Shown: one piece after another, positions 24,601 to 24,608 of the stretch | Layout of the letters: each line of letters begins with the position of its first letter | Numbering within the stretch: position 1 is the stretch's first letter | IMG/VR virus record: IMGVR_UViG_3300050330_000013 | Coordinates: 1 to 24,608 of that record | Length of the DNA: 24,608 bases | Reading direction: 5' to 3' (one strand) | DNA from: a virus | Taxonomy: Duplodnaviria; Caudoviricetes | Notes under the pieces: generated by a model | Database searches by the model: none | The model's input: only the letters and a program-made list of their open reading frames with translations | Told to the model about the DNA's origin: nothing | Position numbers and translations under genes: made by a program

Positions 24601-24608
24601 CCGTTCGG

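Larger units (their letters stand above)
1..24608 (-). mobile_element. Siphovirus-type phage/prophage (HK97-like head, HNH/cos-type packaging); extends beyond both window edges
   Basis: Canonical co-oriented order: replication, HNH, TerS, TerL, portal, protease, capsid, neck, tail tube, chaperones, tape measure, tail tip, lysis; many ATGA/GTGA/TGATG overlaps. No sheath or baseplate wedge genes. No integrase in the window, so prophage status is not proven. Confidence 0.97.

Overview
The whole window is a high-GC (roughly 70% by eye, not computed) siphovirus-type phage or prophage, probably from an actinobacterial host, with all credible genes on the minus strand. Right to left, the middle/replication operon is translationally coupled: VRR-NUC nuclease, small ORFs, J-domain protein, a replication initiator split in two around an iteron array, a helicase loader-like protein and a sigma70-region-4 HTH protein. 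Packaging follows with HNH, a candidate cos region, TerS and TerL. The HK97-type head comprises portal, protease, capsid and cement proteins. After the neck genes come the tail tube, a chaperone pair with a probable -1 frameshift, a tape measure protein with an internal NlpC/P60 domain, two large carbohydrate-binding-module tail-tip proteins, and the start of a lysis cassette. No integrase, CRISPR array, reverse transcriptase or intact tRNA is visible. The least explained structure is at 24420-24600: three abutting hairpins ending in a plus-strand terminator. They look like an antisense small RNA covering the RBS of a 22-codon leader ORF coupled to the nuclease, and they contain a tRNA-3'-end-like string. 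All product calls come from motif recognition and gene order; no database searches were run.
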